A DNA stretch of 64,000 nucleotides from the NCBI GenBank assembly GCA_963703285.1, contig OY969807.1, positions 1,600,001 to 1,664,000 on the forward strand, written 5' to 3'. Source of the DNA: an uncultured Nitrososphaerota archaeon. Its GTDB lineage: Archaea; Thermoproteota; Nitrososphaeria; Nitrososphaerales; Gagatemarchaeaceae. The notes under the pieces are model-generated. The model worked only from the letters and a program-made list of their open reading frames with translations, had not been told where the DNA came from and did no database searches. How positions within the stretch are numbered: position 1 is the stretch's first letter; each line of letters begins with the position of its first letter. Shown piece by piece: positions 11,589 to 21,568 of this stretch. The translations under genes were made by a program, and so were the position numbers.

Positions 11589-14354
11589 TTGCTTAGCAAA
11601 GCTGACTCTGTCAGATTATACAAGATTAGAAAGGCCATCTCCGAGCTCTCGAGCAAGGAGGGGAGGGGGACAGAACTCGTCTCCCTCTACATACCTCCGA
11701 AGAAGCCAATCCATGAGGTCATCGCGTACCTGAGGAACGAGTGGGGGACGGCGGGGAACATAAAATCGGATACGACAAGAAACCACGTTCAGGACGCGCT
11801 GACGAAGACGATGCAGCGCCTGAAGCTGTACAGGGAGACGCCGGAGACGGGGCTCGTGATATTCGCGGGGGCCCTCCCGACGAACGGACCGGGGAGCGAG
11901 GTGATACGGTTGAACGAGATCATTCCACCGAAACCCGTGAACACGTTTCTGTATACCTGCGTGGCACCTGAAACCAAGGTGCTGATGGGCGATGGAAATC
12001 AGAGGACGATAGGGGCGCTTAAGAGTTCTTGGACCAAGGAGAGGGTGATGTCTTGGAATGGCGAGAAGCGGGAACTGCAGGGAAACGCCATCAAAGAGTA
12101 CCTGAGCATCCCTGTGGGAGGAAGGAGGACCTACAGGCTGACTATCGAGAGCGGGCGAAGCATTGTAGCGACCATGGACCACCCGTTCCAGACGACCAAG
12201 GGTTGGGTCAGGCTCGAGAAGCTGAGGAGGGGAGACCTTGTGTGCATCTTCCCAGTAGCCGACATCGAGCCTCCCACACGGTTCAACGAGGACCGTCCGA
12301 GGAAGGTGCTCTTCGATGAAGAGTCCGTTCTGAGGGTTCCCTATCCACCAAGGAACGCCGGACTTGCCATCAAGAGGCTGAAGAAACAGGGATTGCTGCC
12401 GCTACATTCGGACGATTCAAGGCTCCCGACCATTGCAAGGATTCTCGGGCACCTGTTCAGCGACGGTTCGTTCTATCTGACGTCCGAGGATCGGCGATCC
12501 GGCACATACCGCTCCTATACTTTTGACTTCTGTGTCGGGACCATGTCAGACGAACGAGAGCTCCGCGAGGATTTCGCGAAGTTGGGCAGGAAGCTTCCGA
12601 AGGGCTTCGAAACAGTCCACGAAATGAATGTGGATGGAAGAGCGTACATCACCCGCACGAGGCACGTGAAGCTCTGGGACGCTGGTCTGGCCGCGCTGTT
12701 CAGCGCGCTAGGGGCGCCGACAGGTGACAAGGTGAAGAACGGCACACAAATTCCATCTTGGCTGCTTGAGAGCTCTGTGGACGTTCAGCGCGAGTTCCTC
12801 GCCGCGTACTTCGGAGGCGATGGAACGATTCCGAGGATAATCGGGCGCAGCGTCGTCAGTCAGTCGAGCGCAGGTTTCCACCGGATAGTACAAGTAGCCG
12901 ATTCGGGCCAGACGTTCGCGGATCAACTCAAGCTCCTCTTCTCAAATCTCGGAGTCCGCACCGATCCGGTAGAGCGCAAGCCGGGATATGTGCGGAAAGA
13001 TGGTCACGCGACCTTGGAGTTCCGAATTAGATTCAAGATGTCAGAAGAGAACATCTTGAGACTGTGTCATGGCATCGGGGTAAGGTACTGTTCAAGGAAG
13101 GCTCTCAGCACAGGTATGACTGGGGAGTACCTGCGAATCAAGTCACGGTTGCGCAGCGGGAACGAACAGAAGGCTCAAAGGGCAAGGGCCATGAGGAAGG
13201 AGGGCCTCCAGATTAGGCAGGTCGGTGAGCTCCTAGCTTCTCCCCAGACAACGGTGACGAACTGGTTTCAAGGAACCACTCGGCGTCAGCTGGTCAAATC
13301 AAGTCAGCTGCCAACTTTCAAGGAGTGGTCCAACGTCGCGAGGACCGGTTTGCAAGAGCCTCTAGTCTGGGAGAGCATCGTCTCAATCGAGGAAGAGGCC
13401 GTCCCCGACGTCAGGGACCTGACCGTAGACAGCGACGATCATAGTTTCTTCGCAAACGGCTTCCTTGTCCACAACTGTGACGATCACTTCCACGTCGAAT
13501 TCCTAAAGGACATGCTGAAGGCCGAAAAGGTCTATGGCATCCTCTCGATCGACTCGAACGAGGCCGGCATAGGAATCCTGTCCGGCGATAGGCTGGACGT
13601 GGAGGACCTCATGACGTCTGGAATATCGGGGAAGACGAGGAAGGGAGGGCAGAGCGCGCGAAGGTACGAACGGGGCCGGGAGATGGAGCTCACGTACTTC
13701 TTCAATCGAGTCGCTGAGCACGTCACCCGCATCTTCATCACCGACCGCAGCGTGAGTGGTGTCATCGTCGGAGGCCCGGGGCCGACGAAGGAGAACTTCC
13801 TGAAGGGAGGGTACCTCGACTACAGGCTGCAGAAGAACATCGTGGAGATTGTCGATACCTCCTACTCGGGAAGAGAGGGGATACGCGAAATCGCCGAGAA
13901 GGCAGCGGACAAGCTCCAGGACGTGCGGTACATAGAAGAGAGGAAGCTCGTCCAGAAGTTCCTCGCAGAGATAAACAGGCCCAACGGAGTGGCCGTCTAT
14001 GGTCTTCCCAAGATAATCGACGCCCTGAACCGGGGCAACATGGACACCATGCTGATCTCGGACGACATCAACATCACCAGAGTCCAGATGACGTGCAAGA
14101 ACTGCGGGACGGTGAAGGAGAAAATCGTGGAGAACCAGAAGAAGATACAGACGATGCAGGAGATGCTCAGCGAGCCCTGCTCAAAGTGCGGCGCCCTGAA
14201 CTACGAGGTGGACGAGTCGGACGTCGTCGACTTGCTGGAGGAGAAGGCCATCCAGGTTGGCGCCAAGGTCGAGATGATATCCTCCGGGACAGAGGAGGGG
14301 GCGATGCTGAAGTCCTTCGGCGGGGCCGCCGGCTTCCTGAGGTACAGGATGTGA
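11589..14354 (+). CDS. prf1: Peptide chain release factor aRF1 with an intein (415-aa extein)
   Basis: GTELVSLYIP, NIKS, GGQS and a YTC/DDHF motif split by the intein; C-terminal FGG.AGFLRY. Confidence 0.95.
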   Translation: MLSKADSVRLYKIRKAISELSSKEGRGTELVSLYIPPKKPIHEVIAYLRNEWGTAGNIKSDTTRNHVQDALTKTMQRLKLYRETPETGLVIFAGALPTNGPGSEVIRLNEIIPPKPVNTFLYTCVAPETKVLMGDGNQRTIGALKSSWTKERVMSWNGEKRELQGNAIKEYLSIPVGGRRTYRLTIESGRSIVATMDHPFQTTKGWVRLEKLRRGDLVCIFPVADIEPPTRFNEDRPRKVLFDEESVLRVPYPPRNAGLAIKRLKKQGLLPLHSDDSRLPTIARILGHLFSDGSFYLTSEDRRSGTYRSYTFDFCVGTMSDERELREDFAKLGRKLPKGFETVHEMNVDGRAYITRTRHVKLWDAGLAALFSALGAPTGDKVKNGTQIPSWLLESSVDVQREFLAAYFGGDGTIPRIIGRSVVSQSSAGFHRIVQVADSGQTFADQLKLLFSNLGVRTDPVERKPGYVRKDGHATLEFRIRFKMSEENILRLCHGIGVRYCSRKALSTGMTGEYLRIKSRLRSGNEQKAQRARAMRKEGLQIRQVGELLASPQTTVTNWFQGTTRRQLVKSSQLPTFKEWSNVARTGLQEPLVWESIVSIEEEAVPDVRDLTVDSDDHSFFANGFLVHNCDDHFHVEFLKDMLKAEKVYGILSIDSNEAGIGILSGDRLDVEDLMTSGISGKTRKGGQSARRYERGREMELTYFFNRVAEHVTRIFITDRSVSGVIVGGPGPTKENFLKGGYLDYRLQKNIVEIVDTSYSGREGIREIAEKAADKLQDVRYIEERKLVQKFLAEINRPNGVAVYGLPKIIDALNRGNMDTMLISDDINITRVQMTCKNCGTVKEKIVENQKKIQTMQEMLSEPCSKCGALNYEVDESDVVDLLEEKAIQVGAKVEMISSGTEEGAMLKSFGGAAGFLRYRM
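11958..13475 (+). mobile_element. Intein with LAGLIDADG homing endonuclease (506 aa) in aRF1
   Basis: Block A CVAPETKVLM, block B ATMDHPF, LAGLIDADG blocks ILGHLFSDG and FLAAYFGGDG, block F/G VRDLTV...FFANGFLVHN followed by Cys +1. Confidence 0.95.
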
Positions 14355-14442
14355 CCGCCCGAAGGCGGCGGGGACCTCCGGTCACCGACTACGCTATTCT
14401 TCAACTATAAGTAGAGCGACCCGAACAAACTGGCGAACTTGC

Positions 14443-15657
14443 ATGATTCGGATTGGAATTATCGGCAAGACCAACGCGGGGAAGACCACGCTCTTCAACT
14501 CGATGACGCTGCAGTCAGCCGAGGTATCGAACTACCCCTTCACGACCAAGTCTCCGAACACTGGCATCGCCCAGGTGGTGACGCTCTGCGTCCACAAGGA
14601 GTTCGGGGTGCAGGACAATCCGAAGAACTCGAGGTGTGAGGAAGGATGGAGGTTCATCCCCATCGAGGTGACCGACCTTCCAGGCCTCATCAAGGGGGCG
14701 TACCTCGGGAAGGGGCTCGGTAACCAGTTCCTCTCTGTGGCCGCGCAGTCAGACGCCCTGCTCCATGTGGTGGACGCATCTGGCAGCGTCGACAAGGAGG
14801 GGAGGGTCACCGAGACCGGCATCGGCGACCCGATTGCGGACCTGGCCGACGTCGAGCTGGAACTCGTCCTCTGGTACACCAAGATGTTCTCCAGCAACCT
14901 GGGGAAGATTGGCAAGGCCGCGAAGCTGCCTGGAGGGGACATCAGCACGGCCGTCGCCGAAGTCATGAGGGGGATAGGCGTGAGGAAGGAGCACGTAAAC
15001 CACGCCCTGAAGGAGGCGCTCTTGGAGGGGAAGGATGTGGAGAGCTGGAAGGAGAAGGAGACCCAGAACTTCTGCTGGATCCTCCGGGACGTCTCGAAGC
15101 CCACCCTCATAATCGCGAACAAGATGGACCTGCCGAACGCCGCTGAGAATTTCAAGAAGCTGAGGGAGCACTACAAGGACCTGATAGTGGTCCCGACAAG
15201 CGGAGAGGCCGAGCTTTCCCTGAGACGGGCCGAGTCGAAGGGATACATCAAGTACGTACCCGGCGAGGAGAGGTTCGACGTCATCAAGCCGCAGGAGCTT
15301 ACGGGCGCCCAGCAGACCGCCCTCGCCTACATCAGGAGGAAGGTCTTCGGCGAGTACCTGAGGACAGGGGTCCAGTTCGCTCTGAACATCACGATATTCA
15401 AGCTGCTGAAGATGAACGCCGTCTACCCGGTCGCCGACCCGGAGAAGTTGACCGACAAGGGTGGGAACGTCCTGCCCGACGTGTACCTCCTCCCGGCGGG
15501 GTCCACCCTCGACGACCTTGCGAGGACCGTGCACTCCGACCTGCACAAGGGCCTCCTCTACGCCATCGACGTCAGGACGGGCATCCATCTTCCGACCGAC
15601 TACGCTCTGAGGGACAGAGACGTGCTCTCGATTGTCTCCACGGCTAGACGGGGTTAG
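14443..15657 (+). CDS. ychF: Obg-like ATPase/GTPase YchF/OLA1 with TGS domain
   Basis: GKTNAGKTT, NYPFTT, DLPGL, GLGNQFL, NKMD, C-terminal TGS. Confidence 0.92.
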   Translation: MIRIGIIGKTNAGKTTLFNSMTLQSAEVSNYPFTTKSPNTGIAQVVTLCVHKEFGVQDNPKNSRCEEGWRFIPIEVTDLPGLIKGAYLGKGLGNQFLSVAAQSDALLHVVDASGSVDKEGRVTETGIGDPIADLADVELELVLWYTKMFSSNLGKIGKAAKLPGGDISTAVAEVMRGIGVRKEHVNHALKEALLEGKDVESWKEKETQNFCWILRDVSKPTLIIANKMDLPNAAENFKKLREHYKDLIVVPTSGEAELSLRRAESKGYIKYVPGEERFDVIKPQELTGAQQTALAYIRRKVFGEYLRTGVQFALNITIFKLLKMNAVYPVADPEKLTDKGGNVLPDVYLLPAGSTLDDLARTVHSDLHKGLLYAIDVRTGIHLPTDYALRDRDVLSIVSTARRG

Positions 15658-15733
15658 GAAGTCCTCCTCGGGCGTGCCAACCTCATCGAAAGGACGGGTT
15701 GGCCACCCTTTCTTCCGTTTCCAAGGTCATGAA

Positions 15734-15748
15734 ATGATTAATAATCAT
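15734..15748. promoter_or_regulatory. 7-1-7 inverted repeat ATGATTA-A-TAATCAT overlapping the probable TATA box of queE-queC
   Basis: Perfect inverted repeat containing TTAATAA about 30 nt upstream of a GTG at 15773. Confidence 0.45.
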
Positions 15749-15772
15749 CGGATGAGGGCGCCACTTCGGCGG

Positions 15773-16537
15773 GTGAGAGGGCCTCCGCCCGTTCCGCCAC
15801 AGACAAACCCCGGAGTTGGAGGAGAGAAAACGCAAAGGCACGAGAACGAGCTGCCGATAGCCGAGATATTCCTCAGCGTGCAGGGTGAAGGGGTCCACGC
15901 AGGGACTCCCAGCGTCTTCCTGCGGACGTACTTCTGCAACCTGACGTGCACCTGGTGCGACACCAAGTACACCTGGCAGAACCAGGACGCGTCGGAATCC
16001 GGCGTCGATTACCAGCCGATGGCCGCCGATGCCGTCTTCGAGAAGGTCATGAGTTACGACCGCGGGCATCTCGTCGTGACGGGAGGCGAGCCGCTGCTTC
16101 ATCAGAAAACCCTCCTTCCGGTCTTGTCCGCCCTGAAGAAGGCGGGTGTATACATCGAGGTCGAGACCAACGGTACGCTCCGGCCGGGCGCGGAGATCTT
16201 GCAGGTCGTGGACTGCTTCAATGTATCTCCGAAGACCTCGAACAGCCTCGTCGATGCGAGGTTGAGGATCCGTCGCGGACCCCTGGAGGCATTCGTTCGC
16301 TCCGGGAAGGCTTGGTTCAAGTTCGTTATCGCCAACTCGCACGACATCGACGAAGTGGAAGAATTGATATCCGCGCATGGACTCCCTCGCGGCCGAGTGA
16401 TCCTCATGCCCGAGGGAGTAGACTCTGACGCTCTTCTGATCAAGAGCAGGTGGCTGGTGGATGTCTGCAAGGAAAGGCGGTTCCGTTTCACGCCACGGCT
16501 CCAGATACTTCTCTTTGGCAACAAGAGGGGCACCTGA
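15773..16537 (+). CDS. queE: 7-carboxy-7-deazaguanine synthase (radical SAM)
   Basis: EIFLSVQGEG, CNLTCTWCDT, VTGGEP, ETNG, SPK; start codon uncertain (15752 or 15773). Confidence 0.9.
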   Translation: MRGPPPVPPQTNPGVGGEKTQRHENELPIAEIFLSVQGEGVHAGTPSVFLRTYFCNLTCTWCDTKYTWQNQDASESGVDYQPMAADAVFEKVMSYDRGHLVVTGGEPLLHQKTLLPVLSALKKAGVYIEVETNGTLRPGAEILQVVDCFNVSPKTSNSLVDARLRIRRGPLEAFVRSGKAWFKFVIANSHDIDEVEELISAHGLPRGRVILMPEGVDSDALLIKSRWLVDVCKERRFRFTPRLQILLFGNKRGT

Positions 16538-17367
16538 TGCAAACCAGCGCTCGGCCGGCAGTCGTCCTGACCTCAGGCGGAGCCGATTCGGTCACAACGG
16601 CGTACTACGTGAAGCACAGGCTCAAGGCGCCGAAGATCATCCTGGTCTTCGCCGACTACAAGCAGCGCACCTACGACTACGAGGAGTTCTGCATCAAGGC
16701 GGTAGGAAAGGAACTCGGAGCCCCTGTGAAACTGATAGACCTGCGGTGGCTGGGCGATCTTAGTACGAGCGTCCTGACGAAACCCGGGATGGCAATCGCC
16801 GAGACGAAGGAGGAAGACCTCTGGAACGCCAGGAAGGCTGAGGAGCGCATATTGAGATGGTGGGATGTGGTCCGCAACCTGGAACTGGTCACGGTCGGCT
16901 TGGCCCACGCGGAGTCCATGGACCTCCATCAGTACCTTTCTTCCGGCCAGCGTGAAATCTGGGATGTCTACATCGGAATCAGGAGGGAGACGCCGGTGGC
17001 TATGAAGGACAACACTCCAGAGTTCCTGGAGCTCATGGACAAGGTAGCCCAGCAGTCAACTCACTTCGGCGGTTATCACGTGATGGCTCCTCTCATAACC
17101 TACGACAAAGACATGGTCGTGAAGCTGGGTGCAGAGCTCGGCGTCCCGTGGAAGTACACCTACAGCTGCTATTCCGGGTACGGGTTCAGTACGGTAGACG
17201 GGGAGAAGCTACCGGTCCACTGCGGAATCTGTTCCAATGACAAGAGACGGGCCCTCGCTTTCAAGGTGGCGGGCATTTACGATCCCAGCCTCTATGCGGT
17301 GCCTCCGATCGCCGATGTCCAGTACGAGCTGAACGATAAGGTCTACACGCAGAAGCGAATGAGTTAG
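16537..17367 (+). CDS. queC: QueC-like 7-cyano-7-deazaguanine synthase (divergent)
   Basis: SGGADS PP-loop, YKQR, RN, TYSCY, HCGIC; TGATG overlap with queE. Confidence 0.8.
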   Translation: MQTSARPAVVLTSGGADSVTTAYYVKHRLKAPKIILVFADYKQRTYDYEEFCIKAVGKELGAPVKLIDLRWLGDLSTSVLTKPGMAIAETKEEDLWNARKAEERILRWWDVVRNLELVTVGLAHAESMDLHQYLSSGQREIWDVYIGIRRETPVAMKDNTPEFLELMDKVAQQSTHFGGYHVMAPLITYDKDMVVKLGAELGVPWKYTYSCYSGYGFSTVDGEKLPVHCGICSNDKRRALAFKVAGIYDPSLYAVPPIADVQYELNDKVYTQKRMS

Positions 17368-17446
17368 GTCCAGGCAGATTCCCTAATCGAGTAGGTGTGC
17401 CGGAGGGAGTCGATGCCTCCCGAAGGACATGACGTTCGCTGCTTAA

Positions 17447-19819
17447 TTGCTAAATACCCCTCGAATCGAGATTTTGAAGACTTTGGAAACCCCGGCCACC
17501 CCCAAGCTCGAGGCCAAGAGCTGGAATCCGGGTCTGGAGGAAGCGACGAGGGTCCTCTGGGAATCCGAGGCAGGCTTTGAGTTCCAGCCAGGCGACACGA
17601 AGAGGCGCGTCTTCGTGATAGACACTCCACCTCCGTACCCATCCGGCAGGCCATGGCATCCCGGGGCGCTCACCCAGTATTCACAGATAGACATGGTGGC
17701 GCGCTCGGCGAGGATGAGGGGCTACAACGTCCTCTACCCCGTCGGCATCGACAGAAACGGGCTGCCTGTCGAGATAGCTACCGAGCGGAAGTACAGAATC
17801 CAGCTCAGGAAGACTCCCCGCGCCGAGTTCATCGAGCTCTGCGAGCACGTGCTCGACGACATTGAGGCCTACATGGTCGAGCTACTCAAGAGGCTTGGAA
17901 TCTCGGGTGACTTCAAGAACAAGTACCGGACCGACTCGGAAGAGTACCGAACGATCACCCAGTGGTCGTTCATAGATTTGTGGAACAAGGGGCTGGTCCA
18001 CATAGCGAACAGGCCGAACAACTACTGCACAGACTGCGGGACGACGATCGCCGACGCGGAGATCGAATACGAGGAGCTCCCGACCTACCTCGTGACGAAC
18101 AGGTTCGAGGTGAAGGGTGGTGGAGGGATTCCAGTCGCCACGACGAGACCAGAGCTGCTGGAGGCTTGTCAGATTATCTTGGTTCATCCGGACGACGATA
18201 GGTACAGGGAGCTGGTTGGCAAGACGGCGATTACCCCTATCTTCGGCAACGAGGTCACGATAGCGACTCACAAGAGCGTGGACATGTCGTTTGGGACGGG
18301 CGCCGTCATGATCTGCAGCTACGGGGACTATCACGACGTTCAGATCATCAGGGAGCTGAAGCTACACGAAGTCGTAGCCATAGACACAGACGGCAAGATG
18401 ACCGCGGCGGCTGGCAAGTACACCGGGATGGCGGTAAAGGACGCGCGCTCGCAGATCATCCTGGATCTCCAGCAGAGCAAAGCAGCCACGAAGATCGAAC
18501 AGATACAGCACCGGACGCCGCTGTGCGAAAGGAGCCACACCCCCGTCGAGATCATACCCATGCAGGAGTTCTATCTCAAGCAGCTCGATTTCGTTCCGAA
18601 GCTCAGGGAGCTCGCTGACGCGATGAGGTTCTACCCCGACATGCACAGGCAGATACTTCTGAACTGGATAAACTCGCTCACAACAGACTACCCAATCTCG
18701 AGGAGGAGGTACTACGCGACAGAGATTCCGATTTGGTACTGCAGCAGGTGCAACGAACCGCACCTGCCCGAGCCTGGGAAGTACTACAGGCCGTGGAGGG
18801 ACCCCGCGCCCTTCCCGAGCTGCAAGAAGTGCGGGAACGAGAAGTTCGTCGGGGAGACGAAGACCTTCGACACCTGGATGGACTCGAGCATCTCCGCTCT
18901 CTTCATCACGAAGTGGATGAGGGACCAGCCCTTCCACAGCGCCACCTATCCGACCACAATCCGGACCCAGGGCAAGGACATCGTCAGGACGTGGCTCTAC
19001 TACTCGCTGCTGAGGTGCTATCTTCTCACAGGTGAGGCTCCCTTTGGGTCGGCGTGGGTGGGCGGACTGGGGCAAGACGCACAGGGACGGGCGATGAGGA
19101 AGAGCCTGGGCAACTTCGTCGACCCTGAGTCCCTCCTGCAGAAGTATGGGAGCGACACCTTCAGGTTCTGGGGGGCCGCCGAGGCCAACCAGGGCTATGA
19201 CTTCAGGCTGAGCGAGGACAGGGTGGCCGGCGCGGGCAAGTTCCTGACCAAGCTCTGGAACACGGCGCGCTACATAGGATTGTTCCCGGAACCCGAGTCT
19301 GCGACCCTCATGGAGTCGGACAAGTGGATTCTCGCCGAGCTCGACAGGCTCGTGGAGGACTGCAACAGGGGATATGAGGAGTTCAATGTGTTCGTGCCCG
19401 CCACGAAGATCAGGGAGTTCATGTGGAACGTCTTCACGGCCCACTACCTCGAAATGACGAAGGCACGGGCCTATGGGGACTCGGGGAACCGGGAAGAACG
19501 CGAGGCGGCGTGCTATACGCTCCACCGGGTAATGAGGTCCCTTCTGCTCCTGCTGGCCCCGATAACGCCTCATATCACGGACTACATATGGAGGAGGCTG
19601 TACGGGACGGGGTCAATCCACAATGAGCTGTTCCCGAAGGCGGGAGACCATCGCGTCCCGGATGGGGTGACCGAAAGTCTTGTGGGTTTCAATGTGCAGG
19701 TCTGGAAGTCGAAGAAAGACAGGGGCCTGGCGCTCAAGGAATCGATCCACGTGGAGGTTCCGAAGGAGCTTCAGCCCTACGCATCAGACCTCGTCAGGAT
19801 GCATCACATTACTGCGTAA
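17447..19819 (+). CDS. valS: Valine--tRNA ligase
   Basis: DTPPPYPSG, TTRPE, GTGAVM, ISRRR, DTWMDS, MRKSLGN. Confidence 0.95.
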   Translation: MLNTPRIEILKTLETPATPKLEAKSWNPGLEEATRVLWESEAGFEFQPGDTKRRVFVIDTPPPYPSGRPWHPGALTQYSQIDMVARSARMRGYNVLYPVGIDRNGLPVEIATERKYRIQLRKTPRAEFIELCEHVLDDIEAYMVELLKRLGISGDFKNKYRTDSEEYRTITQWSFIDLWNKGLVHIANRPNNYCTDCGTTIADAEIEYEELPTYLVTNRFEVKGGGGIPVATTRPELLEACQIILVHPDDDRYRELVGKTAITPIFGNEVTIATHKSVDMSFGTGAVMICSYGDYHDVQIIRELKLHEVVAIDTDGKMTAAAGKYTGMAVKDARSQIILDLQQSKAATKIEQIQHRTPLCERSHTPVEIIPMQEFYLKQLDFVPKLRELADAMRFYPDMHRQILLNWINSLTTDYPISRRRYYATEIPIWYCSRCNEPHLPEPGKYYRPWRDPAPFPSCKKCGNEKFVGETKTFDTWMDSSISALFITKWMRDQPFHSATYPTTIRTQGKDIVRTWLYYSLLRCYLLTGEAPFGSAWVGGLGQDAQGRAMRKSLGNFVDPESLLQKYGSDTFRFWGAAEANQGYDFRLSEDRVAGAGKFLTKLWNTARYIGLFPEPESATLMESDKWILAELDRLVEDCNRGYEEFNVFVPATKIREFMWNVFTAHYLEMTKARAYGDSGNREEREAACYTLHRVMRSLLLLLAPITPHITDYIWRRLYGTGSIHNELFPKAGDHRVPDGVTESLVGFNVQVWKSKKDRGLALKESIHVEVPKELQPYASDLVRMHHITA

Positions 19820-20630
19820 TCACTCGAACTTCCTTGAGAGCGAGTCGTAGTCGGCTTGCGAGATTCTCACGTCGACAGAGTCGCGCGTTCTCTTCGACGT
19901 GGGACACCCTCCCCGCCTTGGGTATCGTGACCACCGGTTCCCTGTACGTCACCCAGTTCAGCATAAGCTGTGCAGGTGTCATCTCGTATTTCGCGAGCAT
20001 GTCCTTGGGGATCCTTCCGATGGGCATGTTACCCGTGTCGAGGGGGCTATATGCGATCAAGGTAATCCTCTCCTTGTCGCAGAACGGAAGCAGGTCGGCC
20101 TCGATGGAGCGCGATGTGATGCTGTACCTCACCTGGTTCGAGACAAGCTCGCTTCTGGGAAGCGCCTCCTGCGCCTGAGTCGTCTGCTCGACCGAGAAGT
20201 TGCTCACGCCGACGTATCTGGTCTTCCCGGTCTCGACCAGCTCCTCCATCGCCCGCATCGTCTCCCCTATGGGGATGCGGGGGTTGGGCCAGTGCAGCTG
20301 GTACAGATCGACGAACTTTACCCCCAGCCTCTGTATGCTCGTCTCGCAAGACCTTATGACGTCGTCGTAGGCGAAGTTCTCGGGAGCGACCTTGGTGGCG
20401 AGGAAGACCTCGTCTCTGTATTCTCTTATCGCGTCTCCCACGAGGCTCTCGGACCTTCCATGACCATAGACCTCCGCCGTGTCGATGAACGTCAGCCCGA
20501 GCTCAATCCCCTTCTGGATAGCCTTGATCTCCTCCCGGCGCTGCTCTCCGCTCGAGTTTCCGATGGCCCAGGTGCCCATCCCGACGACGGGAATCTTCTC
20601 CCCTGACCTTCCAAGCTGCCTGAATTCCAA
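19809..20630 (-). CDS. Aldo/keto reductase (probable 1-nt frameshift near the 3' end)
   Basis: GMGTW, DTAEVYG, ATK, DLYQLHWP, GVSNF, AYSPL, IPKA; an AKR-like tail DSVDVRISQADYDSL lies in an alternative frame after ~19884. Confidence 0.9.
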   Translation of the reverse strand: MEFRQLGRSGEKIPVVGMGTWAIGNSSGEQRREEIKAIQKGIELGLTFIDTAEVYGHGRSESLVGDAIREYRDEVFLATKVAPENFAYDDVIRSCETSIQRLGVKFVDLYQLHWPNPRIPIGETMRAMEELVETGKTRYVGVSNFSVEQTTQAQEALPRSELVSNQVRYSITSRSIEADLLPFCDKERITLIAYSPLDTGNMPIGRIPKDMLAKYEMTPAQLMLNWVTYREPVVTIPKAGRVSHVEENARLCRRENLASRLRLALKEVRVITQ

Positions 20631-20723
20631 CCTGTGACGGGAGTAAGCACTCTTGTTTTAGTCTATCTGATATGCGACGATTGCTATGGACGCGCCGGCA
20701 AAGGTTAAAAGAATTGGGAATAG

Positions 20724-21536
20724 TTGAAGGCGGGAAGAATGCCAATCCTGGAAAGCCCCACAGAGGAGGCGAAGAGGATTATCGAAGTCGCGCAGCAGAA
20801 AAAGATAATCCTGAGGCTTTTCGGCGGCGTCTCCTTCTATTTTCGCTGCCCCTCGGCGAAGCACAGGGCCCTCCAGAGGAACTACGTAGACATCGACTTC
20901 ATGGGGCGCGCCAAACAATCCAAGGAGATTAAGCAGCTCTTCGATGAGCTCGGGTATGTGCCCAGAGACAGGTTCAACGCGATGCAGGGCTATAGGAGGC
21001 TGATCTTCAATGACATCGAGCACCAGAGGCGCGTCGACATATTCTTGGACGTCTTCGAGATGTGTCACAAGTTCAACTTCAAGGACAGGCTCGACATCGA
21101 CCAGCAGACCATCCCCCTCGCCGACATGATGGCGACCAAGCTCCAAATCGTCGAGATAAACCAGAAGGACCTGAAGGATATCGTTAGCATGTTCCTGGAC
21201 CATGACGTAGGGAGCGAGGATGCGCCCGACGTGATCAATGGGGCATACCTTGCAAAGCTCTGTTCCGACGACTGGGGAATCTACAAGACCTTCGTGACGA
21301 ACCTCGACCGCATCCTCGGCATGCTGAACGACTTCGGGCTGGAGGACGGCGAGAAGAAAATCGTCGGAGACCGGGTAGCCAGGCTGAAGAAGATGATCGA
21401 GGACGCTCCCAAGAGCTTCAGGTGGAAGATGAGGGCGAGGGTCGGCGAGAAGGTGCAGTGGTACGAGCTTCCCGAAGCCGACAAGGAGGTGGTCGACTCC
21501 CGCGTGGGGACGGGAACCGAGCCGCCCGCCACGTGA
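20724..21536 (+). CDS. Putative nucleotidyltransferase-fold protein
   Basis: LFGG...RNYVDIDF (GG/DxD), VDIFLD, ATKLQI...KDLKD. Confidence 0.65.
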   Translation: MKAGRMPILESPTEEAKRIIEVAQQKKIILRLFGGVSFYFRCPSAKHRALQRNYVDIDFMGRAKQSKEIKQLFDELGYVPRDRFNAMQGYRRLIFNDIEHQRRVDIFLDVFEMCHKFNFKDRLDIDQQTIPLADMMATKLQIVEINQKDLKDIVSMFLDHDVGSEDAPDVINGAYLAKLCSDDWGIYKTFVTNLDRILGMLNDFGLEDGEKKIVGDRVARLKKMIEDAPKSFRWKMRARVGEKVQWYELPEADKEVVDSRVGTGTEPPAT

Positions 21537-21568
21537 AGTTTAAAACCGCCTCGAAGGATGTCTCGACA

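Noticed and set aside
15660-15840. preQ1 riboswitch upstream of queE
   Set aside because: No recognisable preQ1-I/II consensus; the region is explained by a promoter and a probable N-terminal coding extension
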